From contig CAJINV010000006.1 in assembly GCA_905178155.1 (NCBI GenBank), positions 626,398 to 690,397 of the forward strand: a stretch of DNA of 64,000 bases, given 5' to 3'. The notes beneath the pieces were generated by a model. It did not search any database and was not told the origin of the DNA. It worked only from the letters and a program-made list of their open reading frames with translations. Numbering within the stretch: the first letter of the stretch is position 1; each line of letters starts with the position of its first letter. The translations under genes and the position numbers were made by a program. Below are positions 1 to 12,092 of this stretch, piece after piece. The DNA is from Amoebophrya sp. A120 (Eukaryota > Protista > Dinoflagellata).

Positions 1-227
1 GAGTGTAACTTGTCATGCTACATCTGGATCGTAGAAAAATTTGTGTTGCATGATTACCAAGAGAGGTCCACTTTTGAACAAGTTTAGAGGCAGTTTCTCA
101 GGCAGGAAAGGCATGATAGAGATCTCACAGAACCTGTCATGCTAGGCCGTGCATGCCAGACCGCGTGCGTCAGCGTCATGGAAAACCTGCATGACAAACC
201 TAGACCCAGACATTTTCGCATTTGATA
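1..227. mobile_element. Family A introner, partial (right TIR)
   Basis: Ends agacccagacattttcgcatttgata, adjacent to a TrpRS exon. Confidence 0.85.
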
Positions 228-2700
228 CTCGACCTGATCCAGCAAAATATCCAGGTCCCGGTGCGTGAAAAACAACCCTCGGCTATTACAGTGAAAAGTG
301 CCCCCCACCCCTCAAATTGCAAAAATTTGTGATGCGAAGTTTCCAATTGAAAACTTTTTGTCATGCATGAAAGGAGTATGAATCTTTCTGATGCAGAGTC
401 TAGGCGTGTATCGCATCGCTTGCATGACAAGCGCCGCTCTTGCTGGGGTCTTTTGCAATACAAATTTTCGCTATTCACGATTGGAAACCTGTGATGCTGA
501 TAGGTGCAAGAGGGCGAATGTTTCATTTGGAAAGGTTTGCAATACAAATGCTTTCAGGTTCGGGGGTGGGGGCATTTTTCATTCTGATATCGGCGCAAAA
601 ACCGGTGCGCGCGCTTCCCCGTGATTCTTTCTATCCGTTGGATCAAGCTCGCGTCGATCTTGCTGCACCCAAAGTCGCGGACGAGTTTATCGTAATCAAT
701 CCCCGCATCGGCCTGCACGTCCACCGGGTTGATAACTTGTGATATTACAATGAAAAATGCCCCCCCCAGAACTTGGCAGCATTTGTATTGCAAACCTTTC
801 CAATAGAAACATTCCCCGTCTTGCATATCTCAGCCTCACAGATAATTTTTCATGCTGAATATAGCTCAAATTTGTGTTGCAGAGAAGCCCAACAGCAGCC
901 GGATCTCTCATGCAAAAGACGCCTTGCGTGCCTAGATGCTGCAATGAGAAAGGCTCGCAATCCTTTCATGCAAGACAAAAAGCTGTCATTTGGAAATATT
1001 GCATGACAAACTTTTGCCAATTCCGGGGGCATTTTTCATTGTAGTATGTGACTCATCCGCCGGCTCACACTCCGCTTGGGGCGGGTACAGGGGCCGCTCC
1101 TCCGCTTGCGTGGCTGAGGATGGTATATATATTTCATCCTAATTGTTTCTTGCCTCTTGTTCTACTGCGTGACCGTGGTCTACTTTCATTGACAAACAAA
1201 ACCATTGTCCTTAGATCATGTGTAGCTCGATATATAAAAATTCGCAGGACAGCAAAGTGGAGAAACCACCTGCTCTCCTCAACATCTCATGTTCAGCAAC
1301 ACCTGTATTCCAATCTCAATTTCAATTTCATTCTCCTGGTTTATTTACGAAAAAATACCTTTTTCCCCCTCCACCGGCGTGCACTGCACCGTGACCTTCA
1401 AAGTTTGCTTCTCCGCGTTGAAGGTGAATTTCGTGAGCTCCATATGCAATGCAAAAGCATCGTACTAGTGGAAAATGCATTACAAGTTAGCGGCCCAGCA
1501 TTATGAATGAAATTTTTTGTAATGCTGATTTACCTTGAGAAAGGGATTTGTAATGCAAAAACGCAATTAGTACAACGAGTACGATGCTTTTGCACTGCAT
1601 ACTCCACCTTCCCGAGCAAAATGGTTGATTCCAACACCGGATTGATTTGGCAGTTCAAATTCCAGCTTGGTAACCTCACTAGCCGGAGCTCCTGAACGGT
1701 GTCTGGGACCTTAAATTGGTCGTACATCGTCTCACCGTACCTGCGAGTTATTTGGGTTGGAACTTTCTGATGTCATCTGTCATGCGGACAGGGAATTCCA
1801 CATGCAAACCAGCACTGCTTTCCTGGCATGACAAATTTAAGAAAAACGTACTCCTATCGAGAAACCCATCCAAAAATACAGTTCCTCCGCGTGTTTCCTG
1901 GCCATCTTGAAAACGTATCAAGTGCAAAAATGTCTGGATGTCTGGAAGAGTGTAGACTTGTCATGCAGATTTTTCATGACCCATGAGGTCTGGAAGGCGG
2001 GACTTAGCATGACAGACATTCTGTGAGATCCCTATCATGCCTATTCTGCATGAGAAACTCCGTTCCAACTTGATCAAAAGTGGACACCTTTTGGTACTCA
2101 CGCAACACCGATTTTTGCATGCTTCAGATTTACCATGACAAGTTGCAATCTTCCAGACATCCAGGGATTTTTGCAATCCATAAAACGTGAAATTGCACAT
2201 TTTCCGCCACTTTTTCGTTTACTTGCTCCTGAATTTTCGACTCCAAAGCTTTCTCGAATTTCCCCACTTGGCCGATCGTTATGGACCCCGAATGCGCCGG
2301 TTGTTTCTCGTGCTGCACGGTGAGCGTCGTTCGTGCTGTCGGTATTTTCAGAATCTTTACCAGATATCACATGCAAAAATGTCTGGGTCCGGAAGAGTGC
2401 AAGTTTGTCATTGTCATGCTTGTCTGGCATGACTCGAGAATCTGTGTTGCATAGGCACGAAAAAGCCCTCTTACCTGTCATGCAAAAACGCAGTTTGCCA
2501 TGCGGAATACGTAAGACATGGGAGCCACAAAATTTGTCATGCATCGCTGCGTATTGCAGTGCGTCTACCATTCACTTTTAGCATTACAAGTTTCCAGACC
2601 CAGACATATTTGCAACGCATACCAAAGCCCCTTTCACCACGTGGAGAGCGGAATCCAGGTAGATGCTCCGCGTCGCAGCTTGGGAAGAAGCCGCGGCCAT
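1..2700 (-). CDS. WARS: Tryptophanyl-tRNA synthetase, cytosolic type, with N-terminal AlaX-like domain (5' part; continues beyond window start)
   Basis: Spliced model from ATG at 2700: [119 protein letters not shown]. Needs removal of 5 TIR elements (+5-bp DR) and 2 GT-AG introns (1741-1879, ~1115-1358). Confidence 0.92.
284..589. mobile_element. Family G (B-related) introner
   Basis: tattacagtgaaaagtgcccc...ggggcatttttcattctgata; DR tcggc; removal gives FLRRGLFF. Confidence 0.9.
743..1046. mobile_element. Family G introner
   Basis: tattacaatgaaaaatgcccc...ggggcatttttcattgtagta; DR tgtga. Confidence 0.9.
1443..1601. mobile_element. Family D introner
   Basis: TIR gcaaaagcatcgtact; DR ctcca. 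Confidence 0.9.
1916..2182. mobile_element. Family A introner
   Basis: TIR tatcaagtgcaaaaatgtctgg; DR aaacg. Confidence 0.9.
2365..2621. mobile_element. Family A introner
   Basis: A TIR; DR ccaga/ccaaa. Confidence 0.9.
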
Positions 2701-3779
2701 TTTGAAGACGTAGTTTAGTCTAGTGGCTGATAGAAGTTAGTACAGGCGGGAATAGAAAATTAGGACGTGACTCAAATTTCAAGTAACATCAGACACGCTC
2801 AAGAGAACCTTTTGCGGCGGTGGGACAAAGGAGCGGCTTTATTTCCTCGAGATATTGTACTATGTCGCGTAAAAGAAGAAGTGCTCGGCGTGGTCTATTT
2901 TCCTATTTTGATATTGTGAAATAAAAAATGGACTGTTGTTAGTTCTGATGTTGTAGCTAATTTACAAATTGAAAATCTCTTTCCTCGTAGAAACTATTGA
3001 GGCCACTTGTTGCATGATCGTGCTAAATAATCTTGCAAAAGAACCGTCGACCAGCTAGAAAAAGGCCAAATCTTGGATCCCAAACAATCTCTTTTCAAGA
3101 AAACTAATGATCTGCGATCTTCTGCTCGTGCAGATGTTAATGCCATCGCGGCTGCGTGAAGATCCTGGGCTCGATGAGATCCTGATCCTTCGAGACTTCG
3201 GTTTGCATATTTTCTACTTGTGAGTTGAGCGGCAATGAACCCGCGAAACCCAATCTTGAATTAAGTCTGGATCCTTATGTAGACAACTTTTCCTTCGGGC
3301 CGAGAATTCACCAACTATCGGCCGTGGTACTTACTTATATGCAGAAACCAGGCTGCGCTGAACAAAGTTGCCCCGAGCTATGAACCTGAGCTCAGAGTGC
3401 CGTCGCGGCACTGGGTTGCGAAACAAGCTGTTGCGCTTCAGAAATGATGAAAAATGTAGATTTTGAAAAAGTTGTACGACTTCTCTTCCCAAAAATTTCA
3501 AAACACTTGTCCATGGCAACGGACCCAATTCCTTCCAACCCAAAATCTTTTTCTCGGAGCGACAGCGAAGGTGCATCGTCCCCGCGGTAGGAGAGGGATA
3601 CATACATAGTTAATGTGATTGTGATTCTGTGATTTTCTCTTTAATATGGACTTCCAGGATTTTTCTTTTTACTCTAACCTAGTTGATGATTGTAACCTAG
3701 TTACCGTAAAAATAATGTGTTCACGTCGTACACAGCCACGCCACTCGCCCCGCTCTCTCCGTATACCCTCGCCATGCCC

Positions 3780-6700
3780 TCACCCCCTCACGTTCCGTTT
3801 CAGCAACACAAACAGCGCCACGTCCTTCAAAATCCCGCCGTGCCCCGCGTCCCAGGGGTGCGCTACGTACTTCGACTTATTCCGCCGGAACGTCGCGAGA
3901 CAAACCTCGCTGTTGCAGACATAGCTCGCGAATTTGGTTATCCTGAGTAAAAACGTCCCCACGCCAGGTTTGTCATGCAAATGTGCAATGACAGGAACAT
4001 TTGTAATGCGCAGCTCCATGAGAGGCATTTCCAATCGTGTTGTGGAATCTGTAATGCTGTAAACAGAATGCGAAAGTGGCTTTCTCATGCGGCTTATCTC
4101 GCCAATCAGCACTACACTGCAGAGGGAAACTTGTCATGCACAGCTCCCAAAACTTGGAGACTTGTGTTGCTAGGTTCCCAACTTGACTACGGGGTGGGGA
4201 CGTTTTTACAAATGATATTGGTCGCGTGTTCGTTACTCGCGATGGTCTTTAACTTCGTTCTCTTGCAGTAGCCGCAAAACCAGGACTCGCAAACGACGCA
4301 ATACCGTGGCTTGTGGTTGTAGAGCCCGCGACCTGATATTGATAATGTATGATGATGTGCATAGGGATCATTCGCATTACAAACTCTACCATTCATACGT
4401 CCCCTGCATGACAAAGCCAAAGTCAGTGCCATCTTCCTGTCAAATTTATTGGTTAACAGACCAGAATCTCAACGTTCTTGTCTCAACGTTCATGACGCCG
4501 ACGGGCAATCGTCTCAACGATTGCCCGGCGGCCTCCAACAACGCTCGTCGGCAGAGGCGGAGAGGCGCGGCCGGCTGGCACCATTGACGCGAGGCGGGGT
4601 CCATGAACCATAAGGGGCGCAGGGGCGCGGCAACACACACGGGCAGGGGCGCGGGCGTGAAACACAACACAAGGAAAGGAGAGAGTCGTCGGCCAGGGCA
4701 GCCGCCGCCGGCCGGCCGGCCGGCGGCGGCTGCCCTGGCCGACGACCAGAACCCCAAACCCTAGACCCTAACCCCAAACCTAAACGGCGCCGAAGTTGAG
4801 GCGTCGGGGTCAACGTTGGGACGTTTTGTCTAAACGTTGAGACAAATTGGCGTAGTTGGGATTTTGGTTTGTCAACCAAATTTATTTCCTTTACATACCT
4901 TTTATCTTCACCCTTTCGCCCGTAAAATGCCGGTAGCACTGCGTGGCGCACTTCGCGCAATTTCCCGATAATTTGCCCTCGGTTCCGACCGGGGTGACAA
5001 TGGGGTTGTCGTCGAAGGGGTTAAAGTGGATTTTCCCGTTTAAGACGTCATTCGGTATGCGGTCCCAAGTATCAGACGAAAAAAGGTGTTCCACTGTAAG
5101 GACCGACTTTGCAAGTTCTGCATCACAGGTTTGCTCTACATGAGGACAGAGAAAATTTCTCATGCGAGGCTCCGAAGGGAAAACACAGCTAAAAACCCAC
5201 TGTCTTGCATGTGTAGCAAGGCAAACACTTTTGCGATACACATTTTCCATTACAAGTTTACACGTGAAACAGTTTTTTCCTGCGATACCAAGCTTGGTCG
5301 AAGTGGCTTGAAAGCTCCAAAACCAAATCCTGTGACTTGTCCGCTACCCGGGAGTTTTCCGCCAGCCAAATGCATCGTAAGGAAAAATCTTCCCTCCCCA
5401 TATCGAGACGAAGTTTCTGATGCTGGATTTCCGTACACAAATGCGCGCTGTCTTGCAGTAAGGCATTGCAGCCAGATCCTCAGCCTAGGTAGGGGCGTTT
5501 GGGTCACGTTGTTTAGCATTGCAAACGGCTGTCCCCTAGGTCCAACAGCATGCCAAATTGCCTCCATAATGGCGCTGAAGCCTCTGCGCTTGTCTTCTTG
5601 CATGACGGACGTGATTTGTGGTCTCAAATCAGCAACGCAAATTTTCGGAGTCATACCGTTTCGATATGGGGAGGGGGGATTTTTCTTTTTGATAAAATGC
5701 GCCAGTGCTTCATGTACCTGAAGAGAGTTGTATATGTGTACTTTGTTGCTTTTTCGATAATCTTCATCTTGTCGTGCGATCTGAAATCGATAGCGAATCG
5801 TGCAACACAAAAACAAAATCATTGCCGTAGCGAATTTTGCATGCCAAAAAGAAAATAAAAGTACGCGTCAATCAAATGCTTCTGCCCTTGAAAGTGCATT
5901 TCCACCCTTTCCCGCACTTCTTTCTCTAACTCTGACCAGGACATATGACCCGCTCAGGTGCTACAATCTCAAACCGGTTTCCATAGAATATGCATATGGA
6001 AATCTGTGATGCAAGAAGTGCATTATCCAGCCAACTCTGCTCAAAGGATTCCGCATGACAAATTCCGGAGTGGCCGTGGTCCCAAACCGCACTACAAAAA
6101 TCTTCCAAAATTTGTATTGCGGAAAGTGGGATGCTCTGCGAATCTGTCATGCTCAACAATATGCAAGACAGGTCCCAGATTCTATGGTAATAAAACCGAT
6201 TTGAGATTGTAACACCTGAGCGGGTTATAGGACAGATCTTGATTCTTCACCCCCGGGCGCCGCGCCAATCCGAGGTAAATTCGCAGGGCCTGGACGAGAT
6301 CCATACCGTGGTACGGGTCCACTACTGCGGTATTCCCACTTCGCTGGGAAGCACCGAGTCCTAGGGCTGCTGTTGCGCCGAGACAGCGGTCGCGGTCGGC
6401 ACCGCTGCCGAAATCCGCTACAGAACAAATGTCGTCGTCGAAGTCGTTGTGTCCTAGACCGTATGAACTGCAAAAGTAGCGCCGTACTAGTATAAATTGC
6501 ATTACAAATTAGCCCAGCATTACACATTAAATTTGGCATGCGGATCTACCTTAAGAAAAACATTTGTAAAGCATAAATGCAATGACTTCGAGTAAGATAC
6601 TTTTGCACAGCATAAACCGCTAACGGGCGAAAGCATCATCTCGGAGCAGGCGGAGGGGGACCGGTCCATAGGCCCGTTTTGTTGTAGTCCTGGAAGTTGC

Positions 6701-9170
6701 AACGTGTTTGTTTTACCACTTGCAGCTCCCGGTTTCGGATTTCTGTTACTACTCCCTTGCAGTCCGGGTATTTGCAACGTGTTTCCGGACGACTTTGGTG
6801 GATGGTTGCTCGACGAACTACTTTTACTCATCAGATTCCGCGGGGATTTCGGCATCGAGGGAAGTTTTTTCCGAGCTCGGGAAAGCAAGGAGACGCCAGC
6901 GGTGTGCTGGGATAAGTAGACGTCGTCTTCCGTGTCTTCTTCTGGTTCATCGATTCCAGTATCTGCATCGTCACACAGCAAGGTTTTGCCCGCGCCGTGC
7001 GAGCCGACAGCGTCAGGTACTACGCCTTGGGTACTATTTTGTCTGATGTTCGACGTTTTCTGTCCGATGCTAGAAGTAGAGGAAGCGGAACTGCCGCCGC
7101 CAGCACATGACCCTAGGGCGGCAGCTCCCGCGAAATTTTGCAGCCCTGGGCTGCTACTCACCGCTAGATCCAGCAGTTGCTTTGCCGCTTTTAAACATCG
7201 CGGGTCCTCGAGGTTGGCGGAAGTGGTATCGCGAGCAGAAAAAGCTGTTTCAGAAGTCTCTCAAAGAACCTTTGCAGTAGTAAGTACATTTAGCACTACA
7301 AATTTTCGAAGCAAGAAACCAAAAAGCTGTGATGCGTTCAGCTTCAGACAGCACGAGAAATAAACATCGATGAAAAACAACCTCTCTAGCTCTAGCTCTA
7401 GCATGTTGAGCATGACAAAAAATTGTCTCAACTGCGCATTACAAGTTCTTGAGACTGAAACAGTTTGTTTCTCGCGATAAGTAGCAATGAGGATGTACTG
7501 CCGCGTGTCGTTGACGTTTAGCAGTATCCTGTGCAAAAGTATCGTACTCGTACTAATCGCAGATATGCATGACAAATCTGATTCCCAGGCTAAATCCGCA
7601 TGACAAGTTCCATTTTTCATGCCTCCGAAATTTGTCATGCGATTTATACTAGTACGATACTTTTGCAATGCACAAGCAGCAGATCCCGCCAAGAATTGTT
7701 GTTCCCATAGTTGTTGTTGATAGGTTGCACTTCTAACAGCACTTCCAAGTAGTCCAGAGCTTGTATCCCACAGAAAAAAGCAGGCAGGGCAGATTTGTAA
7801 TGCAAAAATAAATACGCAGAAAAATCTGTCATGGGCAACGCCGTAGCATGCTGTTTAGGACATGCAGTTGTTTTGTCTATTTATTTTTGCATTACAAATC
7901 TTACCTGCCTGCTTTTTTCTGTGTGATAGCTTGCCGTCGCAGAATTTTGTAGTTGTTGACGCACTATCCATGGCAAACATGTCTGGGTCTGGAAAGGTGG
8001 AACTTGTATTGCATGTCCTGCATAATTCCTGAAAAATCTGTATTGCATTGCCACCAAATGCGCGACTCTTTTGTGATGCAAAAACGCAGCTTGTCATGCG
8101 TCCTACGCATCAGACGGCGCCAACTAAACTTGTCATGCTTGGCTGCACTGGAAAGCACCAGACTCATCCATGCTTTAGCATCACAAGTTTCGAGACCCAG
8201 ATCGATATTTGCAGGTGATACGCACTTGAGGAATTTGTTTAAAAACCCAAGTTTCTGCTCCGCGGACGTGTTGCAGCCCAGTTGCAGAAGCGGGTCAAGG
8301 GGTGGCGGTTGTGGCTCCTGTGCAGTGCTTGCAGTAGAAGTTGCCTCTGCTGCACTATTACTACTACCACTATCATCAGCCGCAGGAGCAGGTCGTGGCG
8401 ACGTGAACCCCCCGCAGGCTTTCCGCGCGTTCCGGTAGACCAATCGCAGCTCGTGCCACCACTGCAACGTTGCCGGTTGCTATGGAGAGAAAAAAGTTTG
8501 TTACAGTCACTAAGTTGCAGGTTTTGCATTACAGATTTTTTTAGCGTCACAGCTTTTCCTTGTATTGCAGAAACACTAGCGGAATGATCCCCTATGAAGT
8601 TTGGCTGTGATGCATTTTTACGCATGACAGAAAGGTTTGTATTGCAAAAAAGCGCATGAGTGATCGCGACGAACTTTTTTCGTTTGATAGTTGCGACTTC
8701 GGCTGCGAGCAGTCGGTGAGGAAAGTGCGGAAGTTATCCTGAGGAAAAACGTACCCACACCAGAGTTGTAATGCAGATTTGCAAAGACAGGAAGACTTGT
8801 AATGCGCATCCGCATGAGAGCCATTTCCAATCGCGTTTTGGAATTTGTGATGCTGTGAACAGGATGAGCAGATGAATCTGTGATGCGGCTGCACTTGCTA
8901 ACCTGCACTACACTACATAGCGCAACTTGTCATGCGTCTCTCACAAAACTCCTAGGTTTGTGTTGCAAAATCCCCATCCTGACTCTGGTGTGGGTACGTT
9001 TTTACTCAGGATAGAAGTCTTCCATGGTGGTCCTCGTCGTGTGGTCGTCGTGTTTTATTTTAGGGCTGCAAGAAGGGCTGGCTCTCACCCAGTGTTGTCG
9101 TTGTATGTTGCAGCACGCGACGAAGAAGCCCGTCCTGTGCGCGGTTTACAACTACCGCAGGTCTGGTACA
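3780..9170 (-). CDS. Multi-exon protein with C-terminal FYVE-like Cys-rich zinc finger; 5' limit uncertain (may extend to ~12050)
   Basis: Spliced C-terminus CAKCATQC..HKPRYCVVCESWFCGYC..VCNSEVC..NVRG* (stop 3780). Frames checked in the 3' half stay open after removing elements plus DR and GT-AG introns such as 4333-4898. Confidence 0.6.
3939..4217. mobile_element. Family C introner
   Basis: tatcctgagtaaaaacgtcccc...ggggacgtttttacaaatgata; DR ttggt. Confidence 0.9.
4451..4877. mobile_element. MULE-like MITE inside a GT-AG intron
   Basis: TIR ggttaacagaccagaatctcaac / gttgggattttggtttgtcaacc; 9-bp TSD aaatttatt (4442-4450, 4878-4886); GC-rich core. Confidence 0.75.
5373..5694. mobile_element. 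Family B introner
   Basis: TIR aggaaaaatc..cctccccata; DR aaatg. Confidence 0.9.
5944..6229. mobile_element. Family I introner
   Basis: tatgacccgctcaggtgctacaatctcaaa...tttgagattgtaacacctgagcgggttata; DR ggaca. Confidence 0.9.
6462..6614. mobile_element. Family D introner
   Basis: D TIR; DR gaccg/aaccg. Confidence 0.85.
7525..7674. mobile_element. Family D introner
   Basis: D TIR; DR agcag. Confidence 0.88.
7764..7928. mobile_element. Family E introner
   Basis: TIR cacagaaaaaagcaggcagg; DR gcttg. Confidence 0.9.
7965..8220. mobile_element. Family A introner
   Basis: A TIR; DR cgcac. Confidence 0.88.
8481..8689. mobile_element. Family M introner (single copy here)
   Basis: tatggagagaaaaaagtt...aacttttttcgtttgata; DR gttgc. 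Confidence 0.75.
8735..9013. mobile_element. Family C introner
   Basis: C TIR; DR gaagt. Confidence 0.9.
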
Positions 9171-9419
9171 TATAATTCGCGGATCAACCTAGACTTTCAT
9201 CCTCTTCCGCGCCCGCGGTTTTCAACTTCATCTTCATCACCCTCGATGGATTGACACTAGAACAAGTGAAATTCATTTAAAACTGGGCCAGTCGAACTAT
9301 TTTTCTGAAGAGCATATCGTGCAAGAAAAATGTTCGTATTCGCGTTGCCCTGGTGGTGCACAACTGCCAAACGACGCTGCTACTACACTCTGAACCAAGA
9401 CAAGAAGCCCTCTCAGAAG

Positions 9420-12050
9420 CACTTAGAAGTGACAGCACCAGCAGTCACGACGACCTGTGTTGAACAGCAACAGCTTCTCTTGCTGCTGGTGCCAAGAAAG
9501 CGCATATAACTTACTACTCCCGTTGAGAATCAGAAATCGCTGCGGGAAGGTTCTTGAATTTTTTCTGCAATTCACCGAAAAGAAGAACGTGGCAAAGAAC
9601 ACTTTCACGCCTGTATTTTTTCGCCTACGGAGCAGGCCATTGTAAGGCACCACTTCGTACTACCGTGAAAAATAATGGTTCATCTTCTGGCCACATGTGC
9701 AAAAAATTCCACGTTCCTTGTCATGTTCGTGCTCCTCTTTCGAACTACAGAGAGAATAAAAAACGTCATCTCATCCCCCTGAACGAAATACATGTTGAGA
9801 TAATTGTACTTAATTCACGATCGCTCTGTCTTGCGTTTGTAACAAGACAAGCAAGACTTTTGTGCTGCATCATCTGCATCACAAGTTCACTCGGAGGGAG
9901 GAGCTTCTCTTTCACCACTACGGCCATACGGGCGGGCTGTAGTCCATGCGGTGTCGAAACTTTCCGAAAGTTATCCTGAGTAAAAACGTCCCCACACCAG
10001 AGTTGTCATGCAGATCTGCATGCCAAAAAAGTTTGTTTGTCATGCGGAGCGCAATGAGAGGCATTTTCTAGTCGTGTTTTGGAATTTGTGATGCTATAAT
10101 CTGCATGATACACTAGATCTCTGATGCTGCTGAACTACCTAAACAGGATTACACTACGAGTAGAAACTTGTCATGCCAAATGACCAAAGCTGGCTGATTT
10201 GTCTAGCAGATTTCCCATCTTGACTCTGGTGTGGGGACGTTTTTACTCAGGATAAAAGGGAAGGAATTACCATGCTCCTTTTCTTATCCTTCTTCAGTGG
10301 CTTCTTTTCTGCTCTGCTCTTCGAATTTTTATCGTAAGGAAAAATCCCCCCTCCCCACACTGAAAGGTACTTTATGCTGTTGGAAATTTGTGATGCTGAT
10401 TTGTGGTCACAAATCTTGTCTGTCTTGCAAGAAGGCAAACCCAGAAGGCCCCCCGCATTGTGCGGGCGGTTTGAGATGCTGTTGGGCCTACAGCATCGGC
10501 TTTTGTCATGCTGACGCGCCTAGGCCGAAACTTCTCCACTCCGGCTTGATATGGGCCGGCAGTCCTACACTGCAAGACAGATCTGATTTGTGTACGCAAA
10601 TCCAGCATCACAAATGTCCTTTTCGATATGGGGAGGCGGGGGGATTTTTCCTTTGGATAATTTTTCGAGTTGGTTTCGCTTTCCCTTTCCTCCTCGTGCT
10701 GCAGATGATGATGAGCCCCACTTGTCGTTTTACTACTACTCCCCATCGTGCTGTTGCTGTTGCTGTTGGATTTATGCTCTTGTCCGGCGGATATCAAATT
10801 ATAAAAATGTCTGGGTCTGGAAGAGGAGAAGTTTGTTATGCACATTTTCCATGATCCATGATGTCTCTGTTGTATGCAATAGCATCACAGATTGTTTGAG
10901 CGCCTACCGATGGTGCGCGTCCTGCATGACACATGCCTTCTCCGCGTAGCCAATATATTGACTCCTCTTGCTGCTCATGCAATACAGATTTTTTTGAGCA
11001 TCCCGATGCAGCATCACAAATTTGTTTTCTTCCAGACCCAGACATTTTTACATTTGATAGCGGAGTGAAATTGATTTGAGCTCGAAGAACTCTTCGCCGG
11101 CACAGTGGGATGTATCAAATGTAAAAGTGTCTGGGTCTGGAAGAGTCATGGTGTTTTTGCATGACACAGAAGGTCTGGCATGGAACCTCTAGCATCACAG
11201 GTTTCGAGAAACTTCCGCCATGCCGAATCCGCGTGACAAGTCCCTCATTTTGGTGACAGAAAGTGGGCAGCTTTTGCTACCTATGCATGAGAGATTTTTC
11301 TGTGTTCTGAAATGCGCATCACAAGTTTGTATTCTTCCAGACCCAGACACTTTTGCAATGAATAGGATGATCGACGGTGCGAAACAAAAGCGGTTTCTCC
11401 TCTGTAGTGCTATCAACTGCTCATTCGTCTGGGTCTGGAAGATTCTGACACTTGTCATGCACGTTTTGCATGAGCCACGATGTCTGTGATGCATACCCTG
11501 GCGATACAGATTTTTTGAGGGCTTCTTGATGCCTATTCCGCATGACAAATGCCTTCTCAGTGTAGCAAAAATTGCATTCCCTTTGCTACTCATGCAATAC
11601 AGATTTTCTTGGAATCCAAATGCAGCATCACAAGTTGCACTCTTCCAGACCCAGACATTTTTACATTTGATATCTAGTGCTCTGGTCTGTCAGTTGCCTG
11701 CGTTGTTCAAAGGTGAAATTTGTGTAGCTCGGTGCCTGCACATTATCAAGCGGGGGAAAAATTGCCAGCAGGGGGTCAGCTTGTCCGTCCTGTAGTGTAG
11801 GCACTGGCGGTGGTCTACTTCCTTGTTGTAGTTCGTCCGGTTCTATTTGCATATCCCTCGCCCACTGGTAGAGTTTCACAGGCACTGGTCGTGGTGGTGG
11901 TGGGAATTTTCCTTCCTGTAACTGTTGCGCCGGCCTTACTTGCATATCCCTCCCCCACTGGTTCAGTTTCACCTGCCGCGCCTGCCCTGAGGGAGCAAGA
12001 GCAACACCGGAGGTTTATGGAAGTTGCGTAGCAGTCGCCAGGTCTGGGGA
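9420..12050 (-). CDS. Exons of an unidentified minus-strand gene (may belong to a neighbouring model)
   Basis: Short open segments between TIR elements, e.g. 11673-11970 with a duplicated QW[GA]RDMQ motif. Confidence 0.4.
9972..10254. mobile_element. Family C introner
   Basis: C TIR; DR aaagt/aaagg. Confidence 0.88.
10330..10659. mobile_element. Family B introner
   Basis: B TIR; DR atttt. Confidence 0.88.
10792..11059. mobile_element. Family A introner
   Basis: A TIR; DR gcgga. Confidence 0.9.
11113..11364. mobile_element. Family A introner
   Basis: A TIR; DR ggatg; close inverted copy at 12867. Confidence 0.9.
11411..11672. mobile_element. Family A introner
   Basis: A TIR; DR agtgc offset by 3 nt on the right side. 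Confidence 0.85.
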
Positions 12051-12092
12051 ATATTTTTAGGGTGATGTCAAATGGAAAGAATTACGAAATGA

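Noticed and set aside
3444-3490. ATGATGA followed by a stretch resembling the complement of the SSU rRNA 3' end, as a snoRNA
   Set aside because: Single copy, imperfect complementarity and no correctly placed D box.
4750-4783. Telomere or chromosome end
   Set aside because: Only about five degenerate CCCTAA-like units, internal to a MITE.
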